DNA from: a virus
Length of the DNA: 45,785 nt
Direction: 5' to 3' (one strand)
IMG/VR virus record: IMGVR_UViG_3300047462_000035
This document shows, one piece after another, positions 1 through 9,192 of the stretch (the stretch's first letter is position 1; every line of letters begins with the position of its first letter). Made by a program: the position numbers and the translations under genes. The notes below the pieces were generated by a model. That model worked only from the letters and a program-made list of their open reading frames with translations, was not told where the DNA came from and made no database searches.

Positions 1-127
1 ATTTTGCAGGCAGATATGGCTTAGATATTGGCGGTGCAGCTTGTGATAAAATTGATTTTAACGAAATTCGAACGGATCACAAATTAGAAAATCGAAACAA
101 ATAAGGCGGAAAAGAGTTCTAACCAAA
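1..127. repeat. Terminal direct repeat copy 1, identical to 45659..45785 (closure overlap of a circular or permuted genome)
   Basis: Compared base by base: all 127 nt are identical to the last 127 nt of the window. Bases 1-104 repeat the 3' end of the MazG-like ORF 45319..45762. Confidence 0.9.
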
Positions 128-1140
128 TGGCAAAGCCTAATAAGGAAGAAATCGACAGCCGCACGAAGTTGATTGAAGCTTTAGGCTTTGTCGCGTTTGC
201 ATCTAGCGGTCACGATAACGAATTATATAACTATATCAAAATAAAAAATCGTTTGCTGACCGCTTCAGACAATACGATTACAATGGGCAACCCGGTTGAA
301 ATTGACCTTGATATGTGCATACAAGGTGCGAAGTTCAAGGCTGGGCTTCAGCAATGCAAATCGAATTTTCAGTTTACACAGGTTGATGCAGCTTCAATTT
401 CTTTACGGTCAGACAAGTTCAATGCCGTTGTGCCGATTGCCGATGCCGACACGATAGCCGAAACAAAGCCGGATCAACCAATAGCTGCGATTGATGATCG
501 GATCAAAAAAGGCTTTGACGCCTGCAACGACATAGCCAACGAAAAGCTAGACCGGCCGTTCTGCCAGTGTGTGCAGCTAAACGGCAATATCATTGTCGCG
601 ACTAACGGTTTTAGCGCGATTGAATATTGGCACGGAATAAGCTTGCCTGACGGTTTGAGCATTCCAAAACGTGCCACAACGGCGATAGTCAAATCAAAAA
701 AGCCTTTGGCCGCTTTTGGATTTAGCGACACAAGCGCGACGTTTTATTTTGACGATGGAAGCTTTGTCAAAACACGCTTGCACCGTGCGGAATTTCCGAA
801 TAAATCGCTTCATGCTTTGTATGCTCATTTTGAAGGAGCGCCGTTTGCATCGCCGCCTAAAGACTTTTTCAATGGGATGGACGCCATAGAAAGCTTTATT
901 GTTGATGATAACGTTTACATGCACAACGATTATATGGCGACAAACAGAACGCTTGGCTTAGGTGCAAATTACCTTGTTGAAGGTTTGCGCGGCAACTATC
1001 AGTTTTCTTTTAAGCTTTGGCAGTTGATGAGACCGCATATTTTGACAATCTGTTTTCATCCTGACCCGAAAAAGCCTACAGCTTTTTGCGGTCCTAATTT
1101 GCGCGGTCTAATTATGGGCAAGAGCGGTTTTTCAGCATGA
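127..1140 (+). CDS. DnaN-like sliding clamp (putative polymerase processivity factor)
   Basis: 337-aa ORF immediately upstream of the polymerase. 'IVATNGFSAIEY' near aa 165 resembles the 'ATDGHRLA' signature at the start of domain II of bacterial beta clamps, and the size fits a three-domain clamp. Motif-level evidence only. Confidence 0.5.
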   Translation: MAKPNKEEIDSRTKLIEALGFVAFASSGHDNELYNYIKIKNRLLTASDNTITMGNPVEIDLDMCIQGAKFKAGLQQCKSNFQFTQVDAASISLRSDKFNAVVPIADADTIAETKPDQPIAAIDDRIKKGFDACNDIANEKLDRPFCQCVQLNGNIIVATNGFSAIEYWHGISLPDGLSIPKRATTAIVKSKKPLAAFGFSDTSATFYFDDGSFVKTRLHRAEFPNKSLHALYAHFEGAPFASPPKDFFNGMDAIESFIVDDNVYMHNDYMATNRTLGLGANYLVEGLRGNYQFSFKLWQLMRPHILTICFHPDPKKPTAFCGPNLRGLIMGKSGFSA

Positions 1141-1161
1141 AACAATGCGACGGCGGCATGT

Positions 1162-3054
1162 GTGAAACTTGAGCGATTTTTTACAGACGAAGAACTTTTT
1201 AAATGGGTAGGCAGCGTCTTAGTCTTTGACGTTGAAAGCTATGTCAATTACTTTGTTGTTTCATTTCAACATTACCCTAGCGGCAAGATTTGCTTTTTTG
1301 AAAGACACGACAATACGATATTGCAAATAGACTGGATCAAATGGATTTTGTCGAACTTTTGCATTGTCGGTTTCAACAGCAACGATTACGATATGATAGT
1401 GCTTTCATACGCTATCAGCGATGAGCGTATTTCGCCGCGCGACATAAAAAACATGACCAACGAAATTATTTACGACAACGCGCGAAGCCGTGACCTTGAA
1501 GCTAAATATATGTTCAATATCGCTCGCGCAAATCACATTGACCTAATAGAAGTTTGCCCGCTCTCGGCAAGCTTAAAAACCTATGCCGCTCGTTTGCATT
1601 GCCGACACATGCAAGAATTGCCATATCATCCTGAAGTCGTTTTGACGGCCGAAGAAAAAAATCACGTCAGAGAATACAACTTTAATGACCTTGACAACAC
1701 CGCCTTACTCTTAACCGAAGTCTCGCCGCATCTTGATTTACGCTATGCGTTATCAAACGAGTTCAACAAAGATTTGCGCTCGCTTTCGGATGCACAGCTT
1801 GCACAAGAAATTATCAACACAGAACTTCTTAGGATCACTGGCAAATGGCCTAAACGTCCTGACTTTAAAAAGCTTGTAGGCACAAGTTTTAATTACGTTG
1901 CACCGTCATACATAAAATTTTCGTCTATTGAATTAAATGCTATGCTTTCAGAAATCCAAAATGCTGATATTTTAATCGGTCCTACGGGGCATGTCATTTG
2001 CCCTAAGTCGATTGAAGGCCGCAAGCTTTGGATTGCTGGCAAAGCATACACAATCGGCATGGGCGGCTTGCACAGTAACGAAAAATGCCAAGGTATCAGA
2101 GCGACAAATTGCCGCATCTTAGACCGCGACGTAACAGGCTATTATCCGAACTTGATTTTGAAAAATGGCTTTTATCCGGTTCACCTTGGCCCTGCTTTCA
2201 TTGAAGCATTGCAAGCGATAGTAGACAAACGATATGCAGCTAAAAAATCAGGTGACAAAGTTGTAGCTGATAGCTTAAAAATTGCAAGCAACGGCGTTTT
2301 TGGGAAAACGTCTGACCCATACTCAACAGTTTATAGTCCGGTCATGATGGTTCAAACAACTTTGACGGGTCAGCTTTCGCTACTGATGGCAATAGAGTTT
2401 TTGACGTTGCATCGTTTTGAAGTCGTTTCGGCAAATACTGATGGAATAGTAACACTATGCCCACAAGAAAAATATGCCGAATTTGAAGCGATATTCAGAC
2501 AATGGGAAAATGAAACCGGATTAGAAACCGAAGAAACTGAATACAAAGGCTTATTCAGCCGAGACGTGAATAACTACATTGCCGTCAAGCTAGACGGAAC
2601 AGTGAAAACAAAAGGTGTATATTCTGAAGTTGGCAGCGCCTTGAATAGTCGTCTTTCAAAAAATCCAGAATGCTTAATTGTCGCCGATGCTGTGAAAGCT
2701 TTTATAGCTGAAAGCGTACCGATAGAAAAAACTGTGACCGAATGCACTGACATTCGCCGCTTTGTTTCGGTCAGAAAAGTGACAGGTGGCGCGCAAAAAG
2801 ACGGCCGATATTTAGGAAAGACAATTAGATGGTATTATGCTAACAAGATACTTGGCACCATTACACGCGCAACCAATAGTCACAACATACCTTTGACCGA
2901 AGGCGGCAAGCCTTGCATGGTTCTACCTGACGTTATGCCGGATGACGTGAACTTAGAGAAATATATAGCCGATTGCTATGCCGTGCTAGAAGACATAGGT
3001 TTTAACCAAAAAAGCAATCAACAGCTTAGTTTGTCGCTTGACAGTGTCATTTGA
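1162..3054 (+). CDS. DNA polymerase with N-terminal DEDD 3'-5' exonuclease; palm motifs resemble family B
   Basis: 630 aa with a GTG start. Exo I 'VFDVES', Exo II 'NSNDYDMIVL', Exo III 'YNFNDLDNT'. 'DRDVTGYYPNLIL', 'KIASNGVFGK' and 'SANTDGIV' are arranged like DxxSLYPS / KxxxNSxYG / DTDS. Confidence 0.85.
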   Translation: MKLERFFTDEELFKWVGSVLVFDVESYVNYFVVSFQHYPSGKICFFERHDNTILQIDWIKWILSNFCIVGFNSNDYDMIVLSYAISDERISPRDIKNMTNEIIYDNARSRDLEAKYMFNIARANHIDLIEVCPLSASLKTYAARLHCRHMQELPYHPEVVLTAEEKNHVREYNFNDLDNTALLLTEVSPHLDLRYALSNEFNKDLRSLSDAQLAQEIINTELLRITGKWPKRPDFKKLVGTSFNYVAPSYIKFSSIELNAMLSEIQNADILIGPTGHVICPKSIEGRKLWIAGKAYTIGMGGLHSNEKCQGIRATNCRILDRDVTGYYPNLILKNGFYPVHLGPAFIEALQAIVDKRYAAKKSGDKVVADSLKIASNGVFGKTSDPYSTVYSPVMMVQTTLTGQLSLLMAIEFLTLHRFEVVSANTDGIVTLCPQEKYAEFEAIFRQWENETGLETEETEYKGLFSRDVNNYIAVKLDGTVKTKGVYSEVGSALNSRLSKNPECLIVADAVKAFIAESVPIEKTVTECTDIRRFVSVRKVTGGAQKDGRYLGKTIRWYYANKILGTITRATNSHNIPLTEGGKPCMVLPDVMPDDVNLEKYIADCYAVLEDIGFNQKSNQQLSLSLDSVI

Positions 3055-3073
3055 AAGCCTATAAACCATAAAT

Positions 3074-3087
3074 AGGCAATATTGCCT
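3074..3087. promoter_or_regulatory. Perfect 14-bp palindrome AGGCAATATTGCCT between the polymerase and the next gene (weak terminator or operator)
   Basis: Read directly. It lies 20 nt after the polymerase stop and is followed by TTGG and an AGGAG RBS for 3114. Confidence 0.3.
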
Positions 3088-3113
3088 TTGGCTTCATAGG
3101 AGAATAAAGCGAC

Positions 3114-3758
3114 ATGCCGCTTAACGATAACCTGAAAAACATGCTGAAGAAAACGCATGAAAACGCCGTAAAAGCTGGCGATTTCACCTTTTTGAACGTC
3201 AAAAACCCCTTGGTTGCGCCGCTTCTGGCGCAAGGCTTTCTTGAAGCCGATAGCACCACAACTGACCCGGCTGACGCCGCTAAGGTTGCCGTCCGGCTGA
3301 CCGCAACCGGTCTTTCTGAAATCGGCGTGACGGCACCGGCAGCACCGACAGCGCCAGCTTTTTCCCAGCCCGATGCGGCAGCACAGCCGCCCGCCACAGG
3401 TGTTCCGGCTGACGAAGACAAGTCGAAAACGCCGCCCGTCATTTCGCGGTCCGGCGCGCTTATGACGCTGCCCGAAAAAGCAGGACGCGCGCCCGGTTCG
3501 CATCGAAAGGAAAGCTATCCGTTTTCAACTTTGCAACCGCCTGTGTTGCACGAAGACGGAGAAACGAAACTTTACGATTCGTTTTTTGTCCATGCGTCCG
3601 ACTCGATGCCTGACCCTGGCAAAGCTTTGGCCGGTACGGTCAGCAGCGCCACGAAGCGGTATAAGGATCAAACGCCGCCGCGCAAATTTTCACTTGTGGC
3701 GGTTGAAAACGACCATGAACACGGCGTTAAAGGCGCGCGAGTGTTGCGAGTTATCTGA
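3114..3758 (+). CDS. Hypothetical protein with a central Pro/Ala-rich linker
   Basis: 214-aa ORF with an AGGAG RBS 9 nt upstream. It is the last gene of the plus-strand block and is followed by a strong terminator. The low-complexity 'APAAPTAPAFSQPDAAAQPPATG' separates two globular parts. Confidence 0.6.
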   Translation: MPLNDNLKNMLKKTHENAVKAGDFTFLNVKNPLVAPLLAQGFLEADSTTTDPADAAKVAVRLTATGLSEIGVTAPAAPTAPAFSQPDAAAQPPATGVPADEDKSKTPPVISRSGALMTLPEKAGRAPGSHRKESYPFSTLQPPVLHEDGETKLYDSFFVHASDSMPDPGKALAGTVSSATKRYKDQTPPRKFSLVAVENDHEHGVKGARVLRVI

Positions 3759-3780
3759 AGTTTTTACCGGCTTAATGCGA

Positions 3781-3812
3781 AATCGCTAGGTCAAAGCCTA
3801 GCGATTTTTTTT
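3781..3812 (+). terminator. Rho-independent terminator between convergent blocks
   Basis: 10-bp stem AATCGCTAGG / CCTAGCGATT, loop TCAAAG, then T8. Confidence 0.75.
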
Positions 3813-3813
3813 G

Positions 3814-4824
3814 TTACCAAGTAAATTTAATCAGCCCTAAAGCACCATTTCCGCCCGCACCGCCATTTGCGCCGCCCCCTCCGCCGCCGCCTGGATGAGC
3901 GCCGACCCCTGCTTGTGCGAAAGTGCTAGGCGAAATTGACCCGCCGTAAGCAGCACCGCCAAAGCCGCCAAATCCGGCTGTTCCTCCAACTGAAGAGCCT
4001 GTTCCTGCACCGGCACTTGCCTGTAAGCTAAATTGACCACCAGAAACGACCGCTAAGGCACCGATAGTTGGTTCGAAGCCGCCATTAGCACCGTAGCCGC
4101 CGCCGCCGCCCCCCGCCGTCCATACGTTGCCGCCGCCAAAATTTATCGTCGTATCGCCGCCATTGCCCGCCTGCGTGCCAGTAGCACCGCCAGCCGCCCC
4201 GCCAAGGCCGACATGGTAGTTTATGACCTGTCCTGGCGTGACGCTCTGCCAGCCTTCTACGTAGCCGCCAGCCTGCCCGCCAGAACCGGCCGATGGATTG
4301 CCTGTTGTACTACCGCCGCCGCCGCCGCCGCCCCAGCCTTGGGCAAATATCGTGTAAATCCCGCTAGGGACAGTAAAACTACCATTGCCGCCAGCCGTCG
4401 CTGCAAAGCTTCCTGACCGTGCGAGTTTAACAGGTTGCCAGTTTCCATCCGTCAATGAAGGCGTGTCAGTATTTTCGCTAACCGTTGATGCGTATAAAAT
4501 AAATGGGGCTTCGCCAGAACTGCTATAGCGGACCATAGCGCCTATGCCATAAGAATAAGCCGTTCCTAGATTGTCGGTTGCGTCAATAAACTCAGGCGTG
4601 CCGTATTGCTGCAAATCTTGCAAAGCAAACGTTATGTCGTACATAACCGAATTAAACCGTAAACGGTCCATCGCCAATGCGGCCGGATCAGTCAATAAAT
4701 TAAGATTATAAGGTGGCGTCCACCCTTGCGGATAAGACACAATGCCGGACGTTTCAACCGTCATCGTAACTTGCGTTTGATCACCTTCGGCGGCAAACGG
4801 GCTGTAGAAATATCTCTGTTCCAT
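3814..4824 (-). CDS. Tail fibre / host-recognition protein with a glycine-rich C-terminal half
   Basis: 336 aa and the last gene of the tail module, after the baseplate J and DUF2612-like genes. The C-terminal ~200 aa are full of GGxGG and G6-7 runs, as in Gly-rich phage fibre domains. Confidence 0.7.
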   Translation of the reverse strand: MEQRYFYSPFAAEGDQTQVTMTVETSGIVSYPQGWTPPYNLNLLTDPAALAMDRLRFNSVMYDITFALQDLQQYGTPEFIDATDNLGTAYSYGIGAMVRYSSSGEAPFILYASTVSENTDTPSLTDGNWQPVKLARSGSFAATAGGNGSFTVPSGIYTIFAQGWGGGGGGGSTTGNPSAGSGGQAGGYVEGWQSVTPGQVINYHVGLGGAAGGATGTQAGNGGDTTINFGGGNVWTAGGGGGGYGANGGFEPTIGALAVVSGGQFSLQASAGAGTGSSVGGTAGFGGFGGAAYGGSISPSTFAQAGVGAHPGGGGGGGANGGAGGNGALGLIKFTW

Positions 4825-4833
4825 TCGTAACCC

Positions 4834-5424
4834 CTATATTGCCGTGTATGACAATTTAACACAAGATGGACGCGGCATAACATCGTATTCTTGTATCAAA
4901 TTAAACAAAGCTGTAGGCATAGACGCTGCCTTGTAAAAACACGTAATCGTCATGTTCAAATTATCGACAATATAAACGTTGCCTTCGCCAAACAACGCGG
5001 CAAGAATTTTGTTTGTCTGATAGACATTACCGCGCGACGTAAGCTGATAATACCGCAATTTTAGAAAAAGCTGTGTTTCAGCTAAAGATAAAAACCCTGG
5101 ATTGCTTATCACAGGTGAAAAATTGCTGTTTCCAAAGTTGCTGTTGAAATTACCAAAACCAAATGGCACTTCGGTAATGCTGACCGTGCTCAAAGCTGTT
5201 GTGGGAATGCCTAGTATGATTGCCCACACAGAGCAACCAAACTCGTTTGCCGTATCAAGGTCAAAAACATTTGTAAACCAATCGTTCCAAAATGTTTCTT
5301 GGTTTTGGTCATACCAATTTTGCTTTGCCTGAATTAGCGCGGTCAGCTTTTCAGCCGTATTGAAACGCCATATTAATGACGCCAATAACTCAACTGAAAA
5401 ATCAAACTCTTGAACAAGCGCCAT
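4834..5424 (-). CDS. Baseplate/fibre-associated protein (DUF2612-like, XkdU position)
   Basis: 196 aa, start overlapping the stop of the J-like gene. The N-terminus 'LIWRFNTAEKLTALIQ...WNDWFTNVFDLDTANEFG' resembles DUF2612 family proteins as I remember them. Confidence 0.55.
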   Translation of the reverse strand: MALVQEFDFSVELLASLIWRFNTAEKLTALIQAKQNWYDQNQETFWNDWFTNVFDLDTANEFGCSVWAIILGIPTTALSTVSITEVPFGFGNFNSNFGNSNFSPVISNPGFLSLAETQLFLKLRYYQLTSRGNVYQTNKILAALFGEGNVYIVDNLNMTITCFYKAASMPTALFNLIQEYDVMPRPSCVKLSYTAI

Positions 5425-6653
5425 TAGGTGTTTACCACCACGTCAATATTGCCAGCCGTCACAGTCGCTTTTTGATTTATGTTTAAATCAACTTCGGTTG
5501 TGACATAATTATTTGCTGCAACCGTTGTTACTTCAACTTTTTGAATATAGACGCCCGGACATTGTGCCTGAATAGCGCCAGCAATCTCGAAAGGCGAAAC
5601 GTTGCCGCCTACAACAAAGCCGACTATTCCTAAATCTGTAGGCGTGTTCTGTGCTACCGTGTTGTTAGCAAAAGCGACAACCGCATTGCTGACCGCGCTT
5701 ATCAGCGTTCCTGTAAAACTGCCTTGCTTGCACGTCACACGAATAAGGAATGGAACTAGAGTAGGAACGTCATAAGCAACTTCAAAAACCTGACCGCTAT
5801 AAGGTTCAGTGTACGGCGTAACTGTTCCGCCCGAAAAACCGCCGCCGCCAGTTTTATTTTGCACGTATGTTTTGGCGATTTGCGATGCGGTGCCGCCGTC
5901 AACACAAGCGTATGTTGAATTTGCTGCGACCGTGACGCCATCAATCGTTACAGGTGCAGCGGTATAGTTATCATAAAATTGAACGCCTATAACGCCCGGT
6001 AATGCTCGCAAAGCTGACGTTATAGCTTCGCTAAGCGATATTCCCTGAAGCGCCAAAGTCTGACGGCGAAGCGCGCGAAACGAAATGTCAGATTGACCAT
6101 ATTGCCCAAGTGTTCCGGCTAAAGGTGCGACAATCGTTTCTAGTCCTAGCACGCCAGAAACAAGCGTTAAATTTCCAGCGGGCGCGGCAACCGGCCCGGC
6201 ATTGACTGCCGACATAGAAACCGTTGCATTTCCCGTCGCAGACAAAAACACGCCCGACACAGTATAAAACAAATCACCATTCGCTGTTTCACCTTGCGTA
6301 TTTTGAGGAATGTAAGTATCTGGAACGCCGTTTATCGTCACACTCGAATAAGTCGAAAACGTTTGCGATATACGCCCTAAACCTGTCAAAGCCGCGATAG
6401 CATCAAGAAACATACCGCCCGCTTGATTAGGGTTTATTTGATTTGCAAGCAACGCATTATTTTTAACAACAGCAGAACGCGCCAGCGTTTCAGAAGCTAT
6501 CAACGCACCTTGGGGCGTTGAACTGTCTAAATTCAAAATATTGCCTAAAGCGCCAGTGTATTCGCTTTGCACTTCGGTCAATAAATCGGTTGTGTCCGGC
6601 ACGATAACGCCAGTCGAATTTACGTAAGTGTAAAGGGTAGTGCTTTCGCTCAT
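5424..6653 (-). CDS. Baseplate J / gp47-like wedge protein
   Basis: 409 aa, placed between the wedge and fibre genes. The N-terminal segment 'PQGALIASETLARS...NQAGGMFLDAIAALTGLGR' is typical of Baseplate_J proteins. Confidence 0.7.
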   Translation of the reverse strand: MSESTTLYTYVNSTGVIVPDTTDLLTEVQSEYTGALGNILNLDSSTPQGALIASETLARSAVVKNNALLANQINPNQAGGMFLDAIAALTGLGRISQTFSTYSSVTINGVPDTYIPQNTQGETANGDLFYTVSGVFLSATGNATVSMSAVNAGPVAAPAGNLTLVSGVLGLETIVAPLAGTLGQYGQSDISFRALRRQTLALQGISLSEAITSALRALPGVIGVQFYDNYTAAPVTIDGVTVAANSTYACVDGGTASQIAKTYVQNKTGGGGFSGGTVTPYTEPYSGQVFEVAYDVPTLVPFLIRVTCKQGSFTGTLISAVSNAVVAFANNTVAQNTPTDLGIVGFVVGGNVSPFEIAGAIQAQCPGVYIQKVEVTTVAANNYVTTEVDLNINQKATVTAGNIDVVVNT

Positions 6654-7504
6654 GTCGCAACCCCTTGGTTAGTGACAGTAAGCAAAGTGTCACTGTATAT
6701 TGTCAAAATTTGTGCCATATATTGAAACTGATTGCCGACATATTTTGCCGTAAAAGATTTCACGCTTACGACACTCGGAATACTCATAAGCCTTTGCCGC
6801 CCGGCCGCAACATAAGCCGATATGTTATTGCCCTGAAAAATATCATCAAATGTGGGAATGCCTTGGTTAAATTGAAAAACCATTTCTCTCAACTGTGCTT
6901 CAAGATATGCTTGACAAATCTGAAGCAAAGCCGTTTGCCCTGTGCCTACAGCTAGGTTTCCTGACGTATCGACATAAATGTCTCTTGATACGTTTAGCAA
7001 AATCGTCATGTCTTGACTTGTTGCCGCGTTGTCCACAACGTTTGAAGCCGGGCTAGGCGGTAAAGGTAGCGGAACAGGTGGCGGCAATGGATAACGAACA
7101 AAAGACAAAACGCCAGCCTGTGCAACGTCAGCATCAGCGACGGCAACAATGTAAGTCACAAGTGCCAATGCGCCAGCTTGTGAGACCTCAGCTTCAGGCT
7201 TTGCTATCGAAAGCGCAACAATACCAGATTGCGAAATTTCAGCTTGCGGATTAGCAAGCGCCGTCGCGAGAATGCCAGCTTGTGCAACGTCTCCCGTAAT
7301 GTATCGAACTAGCATTAAAACGCCAGCTTGCGACACTTCTACTTTCGGGTCAGAAATTTCTAAAGCTAAAACGCCAACTTGTGAAACTTCAGTTTGAGGA
7401 TTTGAAATAGCCGTGGCAAGTGCGCCAGCTTGCGAGACTTCAGCTTTAGGCGAAGACTTGCTTAAAGCTAAAGCGCCAGCTTGCCCAACGTTGCCAGTCG
7501 TCAT
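6650..7504 (-). CDS. Baseplate wedge protein (gp25/XkdS-like C-terminus) with an N-terminal array of 17-aa repeats
   Basis: 284 aa. The N-terminal ~140 aa are eight tandem '[ED]V[SA]QAGxL...' units. After the Pro-rich hinge 'PLPPPVPLPLPPSP', the C-terminal ~110 aa sit where the gp25/XkdS-type protein lies in PBSX-like modules. Confidence 0.6.
   Translation of the reverse strand: MTTGNVGQAGALALSKSSPKAEVSQAGALATAISNPQTEVSQVGVLALEISDPKVEVSQAGVLMLVRYITGDVAQAGILATALANPQAEISQSGIVALSIAKPEAEVSQAGALALVTYIVAVADADVAQAGVLSFVRYPLPPPVPLPLPPSPASNVVDNAATSQDMTILLNVSRDIYVDTSGNLAVGTGQTALLQICQAYLEAQLREMVFQFNQGIPTFDDIFQGNNISAYVAAGRQRLMSIPSVVSVKSFTAKYVGNQFQYMAQILTIYSDTLLTVTNQGVAT
7111..7492 (-). repeat. Eight tandem coding repeats of about 51 nt (spacings 48-60 nt)
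   Basis: The core CGCCAGCTTG[TC]GA[GC]AC[CT]TC and variants start at 7111, 7171, 7222, 7273, 7321, 7372, 7423 and 7474. Confidence 0.85.
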
Positions 7505-7514
7505 CGCAATTTAC

Positions 7515-8552
7515 TTACGCGGCGATTTCATAGCTTATGCTAATCGCATTGACGGCCGTATTTGTCCAGTTTGCGGACGTAGCAGGGTCTTTGGTAACCC
7601 AAGGGTCTTGATTGCATGTCGGGCTTTCGTTCAAATAATTTTCCGTGCCTACAACCGTTGAAGAACCGGAATATAAAGTTTTCTGAAGCGCGCGTGGTCC
7701 CGTATCTGACTTGTAAGAGTAGTCAACCGGCATGACCGCGATGACGCTTGCAACGTCGCTAGGCAATGCTGTGATGCCGAATTTGTCCAATGCGCCTACG
7801 GTTGAACTTTCGTTATAGTCAACCGTAGGATTAGGTGGCGTTGATGCCGCGTTAGATAAATTTGTTCCCCCAACTGGCGTAAATGCCGAAGAAACCAAAG
7901 ACGCGACCGGCAACCATTCGCAACCGACATTGCCCAAAAACGTATTAAATGGACTAGCGCCTGTGCCGTCATGAACGTACATATCTCGAACAAAACTGGT
8001 AAAAGACGCATTGCATGAATAATGAAAATATGTAATCGGTAAAGACGATGTATCAGCGGCCGTGTTCACATTTACTAAAGGCGTCATAACAGGCGAAGGA
8101 TTTCCGTTTAACCTAATAGTAACTGCGCCAAGCGAAGCCGATATTACACCGTATATTTCTAAATAAAACGCGGTGTTAAGCAAAATTAAACCGCTTGGCG
8201 ACGTCGCCAAAATAACGTTATTTGAAACAATACTTATTGAACCGCCAACGTTCACCACAACTGAAAACTGTGCATTACGATTTGCGTTAAAAAAATCAAT
8301 TTGGAATGGGTATTGTTGAATTAAAATTCTTACACCGTGAAAAAACGTTGCAGACGAAAAACTTACTTTTGGCGTCCAATAACAACTTGGCGTGTTTTGA
8401 TTGTTACCGAAGCTAAATGCGTCTTTGCCGCTTATAGCCGCATTTGAAATGGAAATAAAAGAACCGGCTAAAGTTCCTGCAACGCCTAAACCCAAATAGT
8501 AATTTGAATTATTTGCTGCTCTCTCGCCGCCGTCGATTGCGTCAAATTGCAT
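7515..8552 (-). CDS. Hypothetical baseplate/tail structural protein
   Basis: 345-aa ORF between the spike and wedge genes. Its Ser/Asn/Thr-rich composition looks beta-rich. I recognised no motif. Confidence 0.5.
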   Translation of the reverse strand: MQFDAIDGGERAANNSNYYLGLGVAGTLAGSFISISNAAISGKDAFSFGNNQNTPSCYWTPKVSFSSATFFHGVRILIQQYPFQIDFFNANRNAQFSVVVNVGGSISIVSNNVILATSPSGLILLNTAFYLEIYGVISASLGAVTIRLNGNPSPVMTPLVNVNTAADTSSLPITYFHYSCNASFTSFVRDMYVHDGTGASPFNTFLGNVGCEWLPVASLVSSAFTPVGGTNLSNAASTPPNPTVDYNESSTVGALDKFGITALPSDVASVIAVMPVDYSYKSDTGPRALQKTLYSGSSTVVGTENYLNESPTCNQDPWVTKDPATSANWTNTAVNAISISYEIAA

Positions 8553-8562
8553 CGTAATTCTC

Positions 8563-9192
8563 CTATGCTACTGGCGGACCGGAAACGTCCGAACCTGTTT
8601 GAACATTTGTATGAGCATGACTAGCGCCAATCGGCACGCCATTATGCGTCAAGCCGTTTGCGTTAGGCGTTGTAAAAGCTATGCCTAAATTGCTAATTGC
8701 TATTTTTACCGTGCCAGCTAAATTTTGAATGACCATATTTCCTATGTCAACGCTTGCCACGGTAAACGACGCCATAGCGTCAGGGAAAAACATGCCATCG
8801 CGAAACGAATGAAGGCGGTTTGTGTTCGGTCCGCTTTCGGCTTGCGCCTGCATATACAGGCTTATATCCCTATCGTTAGCCTTTATCCATCCTTTATCGC
8901 CAGCCTTGACCGGAAAGCTTATGACAAAGCCGCCGCCGCCGTAAGCAAAGACAGGAATGCTTGTATGCTGCACACGGCTGACGATTTTATTATCTTTTGT
9001 CAATATTTTAATTTGCGGTTGTATTGTCGCCATGTTAGAAACACGGTCATAAGCTACGACAATACCAGGTAGCATATCTTCGTGATTTTTTGAATTTTCT
9101 CTAAGCACATGGCGAAGCAAACCCGTTAACGTATCTTTGTTTGCAAAGTCGTAATCGGTCGGTGCGTTTGTGTCTGTAAAATTTTCGCTCAT
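8563..9192 (-). CDS. Baseplate central spike protein (Mu gp45 / Gp138-N-like)
   Basis: 209 aa. 'MLPGIVVAYDRVSNMATIQPQIK...IPVFAYGGGGFVISFPVKAGDKGWI' matches the OB-fold N-domain pattern of spike proteins, and the position follows the hub gene. Confidence 0.65.
   Translation of the reverse strand: MSENFTDTNAPTDYDFANKDTLTGLLRHVLRENSKNHEDMLPGIVVAYDRVSNMATIQPQIKILTKDNKIVSRVQHTSIPVFAYGGGGFVISFPVKAGDKGWIKANDRDISLYMQAQAESGPNTNRLHSFRDGMFFPDAMASFTVASVDIGNMVIQNLAGTVKIAISNLGIAFTTPNANGLTHNGVPIGASHAHTNVQTGSDVSGPPVA

Noticed and set aside
1-127. Physical direct terminal repeats (T7-like DTR)
   Set aside because: The repeat length equals a common assembler k-mer, and the boundary falls inside a gene without any terminal signals. 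An assembly closure overlap is the simpler explanation, though read-start analysis is needed to be sure.
3018-3503. Antisense ORFs 3018..3503 and 3059..3442 opposite the 3114..3758 gene
   Set aside because: They are Arg/Cys/Gly-rich shadow frames of a GC-rich Pro/Ala-coding stretch. They have no RBS and run against the operon direction.
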